A stretch of 64,000 bases of DNA from an uncultured Gammaproteobacteria bacterium (GCA_964413735.1 CAYPSS010000005.1:4398-68397); one strand, 5' to 3'; shown: positions 28,471 to 38,303, counted from the first letter of the stretch. Made by a program: numbers and translations. Notes: generated by a model not told the origin, from the sequence alone.

Positions 28471-28848
28471 TCATAGCGCCCATGAAAACAAATACCCCCC
28501 CCCATTTCCTTGGCTGAAAAATAACATTATTTCCAAAAACAAAACAAAATAAATGTTATGGGTCAAGAAAAAAGTGTTGCTTTTATGAGTATTGAGTCCA
28601 TACTCCATCGCTTGGATCCACTGCCATTTCTTCACATATTGACGCAACACGAGATTATTTGGCTGTTGTCGATCATAAAAAAAAGCCGCCAATAAATGAT
28701 CCAAGTCAATTATAAATGCTCCGATTAAAACAAGTACTAGAAATTCCCAGCGCCAAATTTGTGATAAAAACGAAAATAATAACCACCAAAAGGTGGCCAC
28801 ATAAAAATGCCAAGCAATATGCTCATTAATAATTTTAATTATTTTCAT
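28471..28848 (-). CDS. Small membrane protein
   Basis: 125 aa with 3-4 TM helices. It overlaps the upstream NUDIX gene by 14 nt. Confidence 0.4.
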   Translation of the reverse strand: MKIIKIINEHIAWHFYVATFWWLLFSFLSQIWRWEFLVLVLIGAFIIDLDHLLAAFFYDRQQPNNLVLRQYVKKWQWIQAMEYGLNTHKSNTFFLTHNIYFVLFLEIMLFFSQGNGGGYLFSWAL

Positions 28849-29392
28849 TGTTTTTCAAATAAGTTTGCAATAAAGACAACGCACAAAGCGATGGACTATC
28901 CATCATTTCACCATTGATAATCATTTGATTAATTTCAGCTAAATTTACTTTTTTCCCAGTTAAAAATTCCGTATAATCAGGCTGAGCGATTTTCACTTCC
29001 AACTCTTGGGCCAAAAAAACATGCCCCTTTTGATTGCTTAACCCGGCACAATAATAAAACTCACCGATCATCGTCCATTTTTTCGCTTCCGCCCCCACCT
29101 CTTCACGCAATTCTCGTTTCGCTGCCTCCAATAAATCTGACTCTCCGGACTCCAATGTTCCCATGGGCAATTCCCAAGTTAATTTTTGAATCGGATACCG
29201 ATATTGACCAACCAAATAAATATTTTTATTTTCATCAATCGCCGCAATAATCACGCCCGGCGAACGATCAATATAAGTATACTTACCCATTTGACCGCTG
29301 GGCATTAAAACATTATCCTGCATAATTTTATACCAGGGATTACGATGAATTTCTTGACTATCTATTTTTTTCCAAATTAAATCATTGTTCAT
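28835..29392 (-). CDS. NUDIX hydrolase
   Basis: It has the Nudix box 'GTLESGESDLLEAAKRELREEVG' (GX5EX7REUXEEXGU). Confidence 0.85.
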   Translation of the reverse strand: MNNDLIWKKIDSQEIHRNPWYKIMQDNVLMPSGQMGKYTYIDRSPGVIIAAIDENKNIYLVGQYRYPIQKLTWELPMGTLESGESDLLEAAKRELREEVGAEAKKWTMIGEFYYCAGLSNQKGHVFLAQELEVKIAQPDYTEFLTGKKVNLAEINQMIINGEMMDSPSLCALSLLQTYLKNNENN

Positions 29393-29787
29393 AAATTTTG
29401 AATCACCTTTTTTACCACTTCATTAAATTGATCAGTTGATAATTTTTTTCGATTATTAAAATTAAGCGCTTCACCATGACCATCATTTTCCGTGCGCGGA
29501 ATCAACTGCAAATGCGCGTGCGGGACCGCTTCACCAATTACTACGGACACAACCCAATCCGTATTAAAAGCTTTTTGTAAAGCCTTGGCAATTTTCTGAG
29601 CAATTAAAAAATATTCACCACCATTTTCCACTTCCCAAACCCACCGATAATGTTTTTTGGGAATTAAAAGCGTATGGCCGGAATTAAACGGCGAAATGTC
29701 CAGAAAAGCCAAGAAATCAGCATCTTCGTAAATTTTATAACAAGGGATTTCACCTTTCACAATTTTACAAAAAATACAATCATTCAT
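29389..29787 (-). CDS. HIT-family nucleotide hydrolase
   Basis: It has the histidine-triad motif 'HAHLQLIP' and an N-terminal Cys pair. Confidence 0.85.
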   Translation of the reverse strand: MNDCIFCKIVKGEIPCYKIYEDADFLAFLDISPFNSGHTLLIPKKHYRWVWEVENGGEYFLIAQKIAKALQKAFNTDWVVSVVIGEAVPHAHLQLIPRTENDGHGEALNFNNRKKLSTDQFNEVVKKVIQNL

Positions 29788-29798
29788 ATTTTTTAATT

Positions 29799-30437
29799 TT
29801 AAGCCCCACCATTAATGGCACTAAATACCGCAAAACCAACCGAAGTCCACAAAACGATTTGCGCCACCATCAATAAAATCGGCGCATTCAATAATAAACC
29901 CAAAAAAATCAGGCCAACACCCAAAACTTGTAAATTAAGTTTTATTTTTCCCCACAAATTGGCCTTAAAGGATAATTTCATCCCGGCTAATTTGGAAATA
30001 ACGGCAATTAACATTACCAATAAATCCAATCCAATAATCACGATCGCTAGGGTAAAATTAACTTTAATCAACAAAACAATAATCGCCGAAGCCACCAAAA
30101 TTTTATCCGCCACCGGATCTAACAAAGTCCCTAATTCCGTCACCTGATTACGACGTCTCGCCATCGTGCCATCAACCATATCAGTTAAAGCCAATAAAAC
30201 AAACATAATCAGCGAAACCAAGTAATGACCGTTCCATAAATAATAAACAAAAAACGGCACACCGAGCAAACGAATCAAAGTCAAGTGATTTGGCAAAACC
30301 CAAGGAGGAATAATGTGCCGAAAAATCGCATAACAAAACGGATCATAAAAATTGGAATACTCTTTTTCCATTTTTTCTTTGGAATGAATAATTTTAGTAC
30401 TGATTTTCATTTTATTTAACGATTTTTTGTTGCCCAA
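29799..30437 (-). CDS. CDP-alcohol phosphatidyltransferase-family protein
   Basis: It has 'DMVDGTMARRRNQVTELGTLLDPVADK' (the D-G-x-x-A-R...G...D...D signature) and about 6 TM helices. Confidence 0.8.
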   Translation of the reverse strand: MGNKKSLNKMKISTKIIHSKEKMEKEYSNFYDPFCYAIFRHIIPPWVLPNHLTLIRLLGVPFFVYYLWNGHYLVSLIMFVLLALTDMVDGTMARRRNQVTELGTLLDPVADKILVASAIIVLLIKVNFTLAIVIIGLDLLVMLIAVISKLAGMKLSFKANLWGKIKLNLQVLGVGLIFLGLLLNAPILLMVAQIVLWTSVGFAVFSAINGGA

Positions 30438-30871
30438 TCAAAATTAATTTGAGGATCATCAAAAGCAATCCTCTCTTCATCCGGATTAGCCGGATCATAA
30501 GCTTCGCTGGTATGGTAAAACAAACAAACTTTTTCATTTCCCAAAACTCGATAGCCATGCGCCACAAACGGTGGAATAGCAATTAATACCGGATTATCCG
30601 CACCGGCATAAATCACTTGAGTTTCGCCTTTAGTGGGAGAATCTTCTCGCATATCATGCAACACCACTTGCGCCATTCCGCGTACCACAAACCAAACATC
30701 CCATTGTTTTTTGTGCCAATGAAAAGCTTTGATTACTCCCGGGTGAGTTTCCGTATAACTGGTTTGCTTGATTGGATGAAAAGTTGTCTCACCTTCCTTC
30801 ATAATTTCCGCAAAAAAACCGCGATCATCCGCATATTTTTTAATCATCTTTATTTCCACATCTTTGATCAT
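30416..30871 (-). CDS. dTDP-4-dehydrorhamnose 3,5-epimerase-like cupin (RmlC-related)
   Basis: 151 aa. 'AFHWHKKQWDVWFVVRGMAQVVLHDMR' is the RmlC-like cupin core. Confidence 0.65.
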   Translation of the reverse strand: MIKDVEIKMIKKYADDRGFFAEIMKEGETTFHPIKQTSYTETHPGVIKAFHWHKKQWDVWFVVRGMAQVVLHDMREDSPTKGETQVIYAGADNPVLIAIPPFVAHGYRVLGNEKVCLFYHTSEAYDPANPDEERIAFDDPQINFDWATKNR

Positions 30872-30922
30872 AAATTCAATCTATTATTTCTTATATTTTA
30901 TCAAATTACGATAATTTGTCCA

Positions 30923-32917
30923 CTAACGCACCACCACTTGAATACCGGCGGTGAAACTGGCCCACAAAGCAAAAAATTCCGCTTTCATTTGACCATTAAT
31001 ATCCCAAATTCGCACATGTGGACCACCGGTTGGTCCGGGAACGGTAATAATTTCCCTTTGACCATCACCATCAAAATCACCGGCACTCAATCTCACGCCA
31101 CCGCGAAAATTGGAATTATAAGCAAAAAAACTGGCAAGCACCTGTCCTGAATATTTAAACACTCTGACTTGCGGACCGCCACCTTGACCAACACCAACTA
31201 AAATTTCAGCGTATTTATCATCATCCATATTTTCCGCCAAAACATTCACCCCACCGCGAAAATTTTCCGCATAGACCATTATGGTTTTCAATAAATTACC
31301 GGCGTAATCAAAAACTTTTACTTCCGGTAAAGCCCCGGTCGGAGCGCCCACAATTATCTCGTCTTTTTCATCCCCTGTCACATTACCAACCGCCACCGTT
31401 AATCCTTGATTATACTTTGAATCAAAAGCTGAAAACTCTTTTATTAATTGACCATTAAACGAAAAAATTCTTACTACCGGTTGTCGTCCACTTTGCGGAA
31501 CCACCACATATTCCACTATACCATCACCATTAACATCACCGGCCACGGCTCGAACACCACCGCGAAATTCACTTTCAAACCCCAAAAAACTGGAATACAT
31601 CAAACCCTCCGGAGACAAACCTCGAACAAAAGGCATAGCTCCATGACGCGCCCCAACTACCAAATCATTCAAATTATCACCATCCAAATCCGCTCCCGCA
31701 ATATTAAGGCCACTAAATTCTCCGCCCAAAGCTTCCACATCAGCGCGTAATTTAAAATTAGAATCATACTGTAAAATATTAGCATGCAATTCACGGTCAG
31801 CGCTAAAAAAATAACTTAAACCGCGATAAGAACCATTATCCTGTAATAATAAATCCAAGGCCCCTTTAATATTAAGCAAACCGGCCCCAATCTGTGACTC
31901 ATAATTTAAGTTAACGCCGGAAATATCAGTCGCGGATTGCTGAATCATTTCAATAATTTGATTAACGCTCAAAGAACGATTAACGCTTTTTAACATTGCG
32001 ACTGCGCCGGAAACCAGAGCGGTGGAAAATGAAGTTCCTTCATAACCGGAATCAATATATAATTGCAAATCAGGAAATTTTTCACTTTGGAAAACTGTAC
32101 CAATTAAATTTCTACCCGGCGCCAAAATATCCAAACAAGGACCAAAATTGGAAAAAAACGATAACTCATTATCTTCATCAGATGATCCCACGCCAATCAC
32201 CACATTTTGCGCCCATTCTAAATCATAACAAATGGGATAAACTTTTTTTTGTTCCAAATCTATTCCTCCAACCGCATTATTACCAGCTCCGGCCACTATC
32301 ACCACATTTTGTTTATAAGCCTTCCAAATAGCGTCCTTCAAAGTATAATCTGTTTGAAACCCCCCAAAACTTAAATTAATCACATCGGCGCCTTTGTTCA
32401 CCGCATAATCAATGGCCTTGGCCACTGCTCGAGAATCACCAAAACCATTTTCATCAAGAGCAATAAGAGGCATTATTTTTACCTGACCGACCACTCCTTT
32501 GATACCAAAATCATTATTATGAATCGCACCAATTAAGCCGGCTAAAAATGTCCCGTGATTAACAGCCGAAACATCATAATCACCCGTCAAAGATGGTTCC
32601 ACCTCATTATTATTTCGAATAAAATTCCAACCATAATAATCATCCACATAACCATTGTTGTCATTATCCACTCCATCGCCTGATATTTCCAGATTATTAA
32701 TCCATATATTTTCTTGTAAATCAGGATGATCGAAATCAATACCCGTATCAATAATTGCTACAATCACCTCCGGATCACCGGTAGTGGTCAACCAAGCCTC
32801 CGGAGCTTTAATTTTTTCCAAATACCATTGTTGTCCCTCATACGGGTCAAAAGCATAAGTCGGAAAACAAAAAAACAAAACTAACAAAAAAATAACTATT
32901 TGCTTTAATTTAACCAT
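30923..32917 (-). CDS. Secreted subtilisin-like serine protease (S8) with C-terminal FG-GAP/VCBS repeats
   Basis: Signal peptide, the catalytic triad in 'AIIDTGIDFDHPDL', 'HGTFLAGLIGA' and 'GTSFSTALVSGAVAML', then repeated 'GD.NGDG..E' FG-GAP units. Confidence 0.9.
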   Translation of the reverse strand: MVKLKQIVIFLLVLFFCFPTYAFDPYEGQQWYLEKIKAPEAWLTTTGDPEVIVAIIDTGIDFDHPDLQENIWINNLEISGDGVDNDNNGYVDDYYGWNFIRNNNEVEPSLTGDYDVSAVNHGTFLAGLIGAIHNNDFGIKGVVGQVKIMPLIALDENGFGDSRAVAKAIDYAVNKGADVINLSFGGFQTDYTLKDAIWKAYKQNVVIVAGAGNNAVGGIDLEQKKVYPICYDLEWAQNVVIGVGSSDEDNELSFFSNFGPCLDILAPGRNLIGTVFQSEKFPDLQLYIDSGYEGTSFSTALVSGAVAMLKSVNRSLSVNQIIEMIQQSATDISGVNLNYESQIGAGLLNIKGALDLLLQDNGSYRGLSYFFSADRELHANILQYDSNFKLRADVEALGGEFSGLNIAGADLDGDNLNDLVVGARHGAMPFVRGLSPEGLMYSSFLGFESEFRGGVRAVAGDVNGDGIVEYVVVPQSGRQPVVRIFSFNGQLIKEFSAFDSKYNQGLTVAVGNVTGDEKDEIIVGAPTGALPEVKVFDYAGNLLKTIMVYAENFRGGVNVLAENMDDDKYAEILVGVGQGGGPQVRVFKYSGQVLASFFAYNSNFRGGVRLSAGDFDGDGQREIITVPGPTGGPHVRIWDINGQMKAEFFALWASFTAGIQVVVR

Positions 32918-32940
32918 AGATTTGACAACTCTATATAATT

Positions 32941-33552
32941 ATGTTAAATTTAATTGTTCACCCCTCAGGAGAACACCCAATGAGTAAACCCGGAACCATT
33001 TATTACTTTGATGGAATCAATCGACGAATGGTCGCCGAAGATGTTTCTTCACAAACCGATCGTTTTCGTTTGAAGGCCATTAAATTCATGCATACTTTGC
33101 ATCCTTTAGCCTCGCTCATTCAAAGATTGTTTGACAATGAAAAAATTGATGCCCAACAGCGTGATGTTTTGTTTGTTTGGGTGGGAACATTTGCATTCAG
33201 GACTAACATTTCCGAATCCCTGGTGATTGAACAAGAGAAAGAATTCCACAGTCAAGAACCTACCACCATTATAGCAAATGAAATGAGTTATTGGCAGTCA
33301 ATGTCAGCCAAGGAAAGAGATTGGTGGGGACCTTACAATTTCCCGGAATATGCCCAGCGAATTCAGGAAGACTTTCCTCTGGATACCAGTAAAATTCTAA
33401 TTCTACACCCGAGTCAACGCCAGCAAATTCTGGAAGGACTTTCCGGTTTGGTCAATCAGCGCGCATCGATTTTGATTCAATGTCTGGCGCTGTGTTTCCG
33501 AATTGCCCGACTGGCGGAAAAACAAAATCAATCGCGCAAAGGCTTTTTCTAA
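32941..33552 (+). CDS. Hypothetical protein
   Basis: 203 aa with no recognised motif. Confidence 0.4.
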   Translation: MLNLIVHPSGEHPMSKPGTIYYFDGINRRMVAEDVSSQTDRFRLKAIKFMHTLHPLASLIQRLFDNEKIDAQQRDVLFVWVGTFAFRTNISESLVIEQEKEFHSQEPTTIIANEMSYWQSMSAKERDWWGPYNFPEYAQRIQEDFPLDTSKILILHPSQRQQILEGLSGLVNQRASILIQCLALCFRIARLAEKQNQSRKGFF

Positions 33553-33582
33553 AACTTCGATGCTGAAAACTCAGCATCTTTT

Positions 33583-35343
33583 TTATTGACGCTGAGCATT
33601 CTTTTCTTTGATTTCCGCTATCAAATCATTAACCGTTAAATTAACTTGATCGTCTTGTCCTTTAATTCGTACCGACAAATCACCGCCACCCACTTCTTTA
33701 TCACCAATCACCACCATATACGGCACCTTTTCCTTTTCCGCTTTTCTGATTTTATAGCCAACCGTTTCATCACACTGATCAATTTCCACGCGAATTTTAT
33801 TTTCTTTTAATTTACTGGATAATTCCTGACAAAACTCAATATGCGCTTCGCCTACCGCAATTAATTTAACTTGAACCGGTGCCAGCCACACCGGGAAATT
33901 TCCACCATAATGTTCAAGTAAAATTCCCAAGAAACGATCAGGTGACCCAACAATAGCACGATGAATCATGACCGGTGTTTTTTCCGAACCGTCTTTATCA
34001 ACATATTTTAATCCAAAACGAGTCGGCATATTCAAATCCAATTGAATGGTAGAAATTTGCCATTCACGTTTTAACGCGTCACGCACCATAATATCCATTT
34101 TGGGACCGTAGAAAGCCGCTTCACCCAAACCAACCACATAATCAATTTTCTGTTTTTTTAATAAATCCTCCAATACATTTTGCGCCTTTTCCCAGACTTC
34201 ATCAGAACCAATATAACCTTCCTTTTTCTCTGGATCCCGTAATGATAAACGCACATAATAATTCATCCCATAAGTATTCAACGCTTCATTAATTACTTGC
34301 AAAACCGCTAAAAATTCTTGTTCTATTTGATCTTCACGACAAAAGGAATGCCCATCATCTTGCGCAAAACAACGTAGTCTGGTTAAACCGCTCAATTCTC
34401 CGGGTTTTTCATCACGATACAAATTGGCAAAATCACAATAGCGAATCGGCAAATCTTTATAACTACGCAACTCGGAAGCAAACAATTGAGTGTGTTGCGG
34501 ACAATTCATTGGTTTTAAATAATACTCTTCATCCGTATAATTGGAAACAACACGCAACATATCTTCTTTATACTTATCATAATGACCGGAAACTTTGAAA
34601 AGTTCCGCCTTATTCATATTAGGTGTATGCACCTTGCCATAACCGATTTTTTGATTTAACTCATCGGAATAATCAACGACCATTTGACGCAAAATATTAC
34701 CTTTTGGCGTGTACAAAGGCATCCCCGGTCCAACCAACTCAGAAAATACAAACAATCCCAATTCTTTGCCGAGCTTGCGATGATCGCGCTTAATCGCTTC
34801 TTCGCGCAATTGCACAAACTCTTTCAACTCATCTTTGGTAGAAAAAGCCAAACCGTAAATTCTTTGCAACATTTTGTTTTTTTCATTACCGCGCCAATAG
34901 GCACCGGCCACTTTGTCCAATTTGAAAAAACCAACTTCACCGGTATTTTCCAAATGTGGGCCGGAACACATATCTTCAAACATTACCTCACCGTTTTTAT
35001 TTATATTACGATAAAAACTGACGTTAACTTCACCTTTTTGCTCCAGTTCATCAATCAATTCCAATTTATAAGGATTATTTTTTAATTTTTCTCGCGCTTC
35101 TACCAACGTTAATTCAAATTTTTCAAATTCTTGCTTTTGTTTCACAATGTCTTGCATTTGCTTTTCAATTTTCTTCAAATCATCAGCGGAAAAACTCTCC
35201 TCAGCCAAATCAAAATCATAATAAAAACCATCGTCAATCGCCGGACCAATGGCTAATTTTGCTTCAGGGAAAAATTTCAAAACCGCTTGCGCCATGATAT
35301 GACTCAAAGAATGTCGCATGTCATGTAAATTTTGTTCTTTCAT
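33583..35343 (-). CDS. thrS: Threonine--tRNA ligase (lacks the N-terminal TGS domain)
   Basis: 586 aa. It has the second-additional/editing domain with 'RHSLSH', the class-II core motifs (..YYLKPMNCPQH.., FRDE.., GLGEAAFYGPKMD) and a C-terminal anticodon-binding domain. Confidence 0.95.
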   Translation of the reverse strand: MKEQNLHDMRHSLSHIMAQAVLKFFPEAKLAIGPAIDDGFYYDFDLAEESFSADDLKKIEKQMQDIVKQKQEFEKFELTLVEAREKLKNNPYKLELIDELEQKGEVNVSFYRNINKNGEVMFEDMCSGPHLENTGEVGFFKLDKVAGAYWRGNEKNKMLQRIYGLAFSTKDELKEFVQLREEAIKRDHRKLGKELGLFVFSELVGPGMPLYTPKGNILRQMVVDYSDELNQKIGYGKVHTPNMNKAELFKVSGHYDKYKEDMLRVVSNYTDEEYYLKPMNCPQHTQLFASELRSYKDLPIRYCDFANLYRDEKPGELSGLTRLRCFAQDDGHSFCREDQIEQEFLAVLQVINEALNTYGMNYYVRLSLRDPEKKEGYIGSDEVWEKAQNVLEDLLKKQKIDYVVGLGEAAFYGPKMDIMVRDALKREWQISTIQLDLNMPTRFGLKYVDKDGSEKTPVMIHRAIVGSPDRFLGILLEHYGGNFPVWLAPVQVKLIAVGEAHIEFCQELSSKLKENKIRVEIDQCDETVGYKIRKAEKEKVPYMVVIGDKEVGGGDLSVRIKGQDDQVNLTVNDLIAEIKEKNAQRQ

Positions 35344-35397
35344 ATTTTTTATTAAATTATTATATTGAGTAAAGAATTATGAATATAGAATATGGAA

Positions 35398-35781
35398 TTA
35401 AAATTTTTTTATCTTATTTGTACTTTTTATGATACCATTTAATAATTTATGGACATCAACCGTTTTTTTATAAATATTTTGATATTCATCATTCACTATA
35501 AAACTCAAATCTTTTGCTATTTCAATCTGATTTTGCACTTCTGTTAGAGATCCTAGAGAAATCACATAAAACCTTGTTTTATCTTTAGAGGTAATTCGGC
35601 TAAAACCTTCTGCGATGTTTGAAGTTATTGAGACAACAGCTCTTCTCAACTGCATTATTAATCCGAAAGTTTCATTTTCAGGAAAGACTTTCGTTGCTTT
35701 ATATATCATAAGAACCAATTTATGCCCTTCCTGCCAAACATACAAATCTTTGAATGTCCTGATTTTCCCCTCATCATTCAT
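35398..35781 (-). CDS. Four-helix-bundle protein (TIGR02436-like)
   Basis: 'FKDLYVWQEGHKLVLMIYKATKVFPENETFGLIMQLRRAVVSITSNIAEGFSR' matches the family consensus. Confidence 0.75.
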   Translation of the reverse strand: MNDEGKIRTFKDLYVWQEGHKLVLMIYKATKVFPENETFGLIMQLRRAVVSITSNIAEGFSRITSKDKTRFYVISLGSLTEVQNQIEIAKDLSFIVNDEYQNIYKKTVDVHKLLNGIIKSTNKIKKF

Positions 35782-35835
35782 AATTAATTATTCTAATTTC
35801 TAAATTCTAACTTCTAACTTCTTAATTCTAACTTC

Positions 35836-36273
35836 TTATTTCTCAATTAATATTGTCAGCGGACCATCATTTTCCAACTCAACCTTCATCGTCTTTTGAA
35901 ACTCGCCACTGGCAACAATTAAACCATTTTGTTTCATTTGTTTTAAAAAATATTCATACAAAGGTTGCGCTATTTCCGGTTTAGCCGCTTGAGTAAAATC
36001 AGGCCGTCGTCCCCGTTGACTATCAGCATAAAGCGTAAATTGCGACACCACCAACAGTTCCCCTTTTACATCAAGCACTGATTGATCCAATTTATCATTG
36101 TCATTGGGGAAAATTCTCAGATTCAAAATTTTTTCCACCAAATAATCGGCTTGTTTTTGAATATCATCTTCATGAATCCCCAAAAAAATCAAAAGCCCCC
36201 GACCAATTTGCCCAACAATTCTTCCCTCCACCTTAACACAAGCATAATTAACTCGTTGAATTAAAGCTTTCAT
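35836..36273 (-). CDS. dtd: D-aminoacyl-tRNA deacylase
   Basis: 145 aa. It has 'MKALIQRV...VEGRIVGQIGRGLLIFLGI' and the SQFTL motif. Confidence 0.9.
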   Translation of the reverse strand: MKALIQRVNYACVKVEGRIVGQIGRGLLIFLGIHEDDIQKQADYLVEKILNLRIFPNDNDKLDQSVLDVKGELLVVSQFTLYADSQRGRRPDFTQAAKPEIAQPLYEYFLKQMKQNGLIVASGEFQKTMKVELENDGPLTILIEK

Positions 36274-36280
36274 ATTAACA

Positions 36281-36440
36281 AAAAAGACTAAGTAATTCTT
36301 AGTCTTGGGGTCCTTTCACAATTCAAGGACGGTTCCACCCAAGTTTCTGCCAGAGGCAGACCCTTAATAAATTGTCAGTTGATTTAGTCAAAAATGAATC
36401 TGTTCGATAGTTAGTTGGTAGCTAACTCAATCATCAACTT
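36281..36440 (-). promoter_or_regulatory. T-box riboswitch-like leader (Thr-specific candidate) controlling the dtd/four-helix-bundle/thrS operon
   Basis: On the minus strand a near-consensus sigma70 promoter (36445-36472) is followed by a ~160-nt leader. The leader has a long stem I (AGTTGAT...ATCAACT) containing ACC-A and ACU-A candidate specifier triplets. The T-box core 'cuuGGGUGGAACCGucc' (plus-strand 36328-36345) fits the AGGGUGGNACCGCG consensus. The intrinsic terminator 'AGACTAAGaattaCTTAGTCT' + T6 (36284-36305) ends 8 nt before the dtd ATG. The T-box sequence can alternatively pair with the terminator 5' strand (cccaag), as expected for an antiterminator. Confidence 0.6.
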
Positions 36441-36444
36441 GTTA

Positions 36445-36472
36445 ATTATACAACCCTCGGGAAATTTGTCAA
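36445..36472 (-). promoter_or_regulatory. Sigma70-type promoter for the T-box leader / dtd operon
   Basis: On the minus strand: TTGACA, a 16-nt spacer, then TATAAT. Confidence 0.55.
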
Positions 36473-36478
36473 ATAAAA

Positions 36479-36499
36479 AACCAACTTTTTAAGTTGGTT
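36479..36499 (-). terminator. Intrinsic terminator of the upstream minus-strand gene (36504..37034)
   Basis: Minus strand: AACCAACTT-aaaa-AGTTGGTT followed by a T-run. Confidence 0.6.
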
Positions 36500-36503
36500 G
36501 TTA

Positions 36504-37034
36504 TTATTCAATGAAAACGGTAGGCTCCAAGCAAATATACTGAATTTCGGGTGGAAACATCTCATCGGCCGAAATATTTTCGAGCAAACAACGGCCATTA
36601 CCCAAATTCAGCGGACAGTCTTGATAGCTGTAGCTATGTTCAATTTTACAATCATTCCAAAAGTATTCGAACAAATACAAACGATACGCCCAAGAATAAT
36701 CTGATTGAAAATACAACTCCACCTGAATTGACTGATCTTCCGGCAACCAGACCAGTTCGATTTTTTGCAAATCAGTCGATTGCAAATTACCGATTTCGGC
36801 ATTTTCCAACTGATCTTCAGTTTCCACTAAGGCCTTGGTTTCCATTCCATCCTGGAAAAATCTTTCCAAATCTTCCTGAGTAAAAGAACCATCAAACCAA
36901 GCGGCTGATGCTTGAATAGCAATAATCAAAAAAATTGTAAATACCGCCCAATCGGTTTTCCTCATCTTCCCCTCCTTTAGGGTCAAACCATGAAATAATA
37001 TATTATCAGATTTAATACTTCTTGTCAACAACAA
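36504..37034 (-). CDS. Secreted hypothetical protein
   Basis: 176 aa with an N-terminal signal/TM (WAVFTIFLIIAIQASA), several Cys, and an acidic character. Confidence 0.45.
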   Translation of the reverse strand: MLLTRSIKSDNILFHGLTLKEGKMRKTDWAVFTIFLIIAIQASAAWFDGSFTQEDLERFFQDGMETKALVETEDQLENAEIGNLQSTDLQKIELVWLPEDQSIQVELYFQSDYSWAYRLYLFEYFWNDCKIEHSYSYQDCPLNLGNGRCLLENISADEMFPPEIQYICLEPTVFIE

Positions 37035-37072
37035 AAAACCCCCGGTAAAAGGGGGCTTTTTATCAAATTATA

Positions 37073-38212
37073 TTAATCAGTTAAAATATTTATGGTAATA
37101 TGATCGATCAATGAAGGGACTCGCTTCACCCAAAATGGCGTTAAACTGATAGATACGCTTTCAATTTCATCAAAACTTGATAAATATAGCTCGACACCAC
37201 GCACACTTAAACCGGCAATTTTTTCTTTGTTCAAAATATCACTATCTTCCCGTAAAACGGTTTCTCCCTCAGCGTGAATTTTCACATTGGCAGTTTTGTT
37301 TTCCGCATTATAATTTTGCACCACATAAGAGAAATTTTCCATTTTCATCTTACTAAGCTCACGCTCACCCGTAACCAATTTTTTCAAACGATCGATTGAT
37401 AGTTGAACAATGTCAGTTTGTTTTATCCCCATGATTGTCACTTCAACCGTTTGTTCCACCTCAAAAGAATCCACCGTATCATCCACTCCGGCCGAAACCT
37501 TTTCATCGGTTAATTTTTGGGCCACCACCACCGCGGCATAATCTTCTCCCACTTCTTGATGAAAACGCGCAATCGCTTCCTGATAAATTTTGTTGGTTAA
37601 TATTTCCTTGGCTTGTGCAATATCCACGGCTTTTACCACTTTGATATCACCCGGCTTACTGTTAATCACAGATAAACTTTCCGCATAAACGATTTTTTGC
37701 AATTCCAATGACAACCCGGGAATAGTAAATTTCATGGGCGCTAAAGATTCAAATGCCGAAGGGTCATCGGCATAAACTTCCGCTTCCACACTACCATTAG
37801 CCGGAACTGTAATTCGATTCTTTAATCTCAATAAAACATTATCAGCGGTTAATAATCGAGTGGTGGCCACCAAAGGCTGATCAACGGTTTGCTCATTATA
37901 AACCTTTACCACACCAATAACATCATTATCCAAACTTTTTGTGCCGGTGGCTCTGGCCGTTTCCGTTAAGGAAACTTTGGTTTCAAAAATAAAACCAGCT
38001 AATGCTCCGGGCGACAAATTATCAGATTGCGTTTCCAAATCCGCAATAAAATCCGTAGCGATGGTTGCTTTTTGCGGTTTAATTTCAATCAAAGCTCGAG
38101 AAAAAGAAAAATAAAAAATCACCCCCAACAATATAACCGTTAAAACAACAAAAATAATGATGAATTTAACATATAAACTTGAAACTCCAACTCGTGGTTG
38201 TCCTGTCATCAT
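37073..38212 (-). CDS. Membrane-anchored hypothetical protein
   Basis: 379 aa with a single N-terminal TM followed by a large extracytoplasmic domain. Confidence 0.45.
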   Translation of the reverse strand: MMTGQPRVGVSSLYVKFIIIFVVLTVILLGVIFYFSFSRALIEIKPQKATIATDFIADLETQSDNLSPGALAGFIFETKVSLTETARATGTKSLDNDVIGVVKVYNEQTVDQPLVATTRLLTADNVLLRLKNRITVPANGSVEAEVYADDPSAFESLAPMKFTIPGLSLELQKIVYAESLSVINSKPGDIKVVKAVDIAQAKEILTNKIYQEAIARFHQEVGEDYAAVVVAQKLTDEKVSAGVDDTVDSFEVEQTVEVTIMGIKQTDIVQLSIDRLKKLVTGERELSKMKMENFSYVVQNYNAENKTANVKIHAEGETVLREDSDILNKEKIAGLSVRGVELYLSSFDEIESVSISLTPFWVKRVPSLIDHITINILTD

Positions 38213-38303
38213 AAAATTAATTTATTTGGATATAATTATATTATTAATAATATTTATGGTACTAAACAATTATATTATACCAAAAAAATGAACATCCACC
38301 AAA

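Noticed and set aside
36274-36503. Free-standing small RNA gene between two terminators upstream of dtd
   Set aside because: The segment has a consensus promoter, a T-box core and a terminator abutting the dtd ATG. A cis-acting T-box leader explains all of it better than a trans sRNA does.
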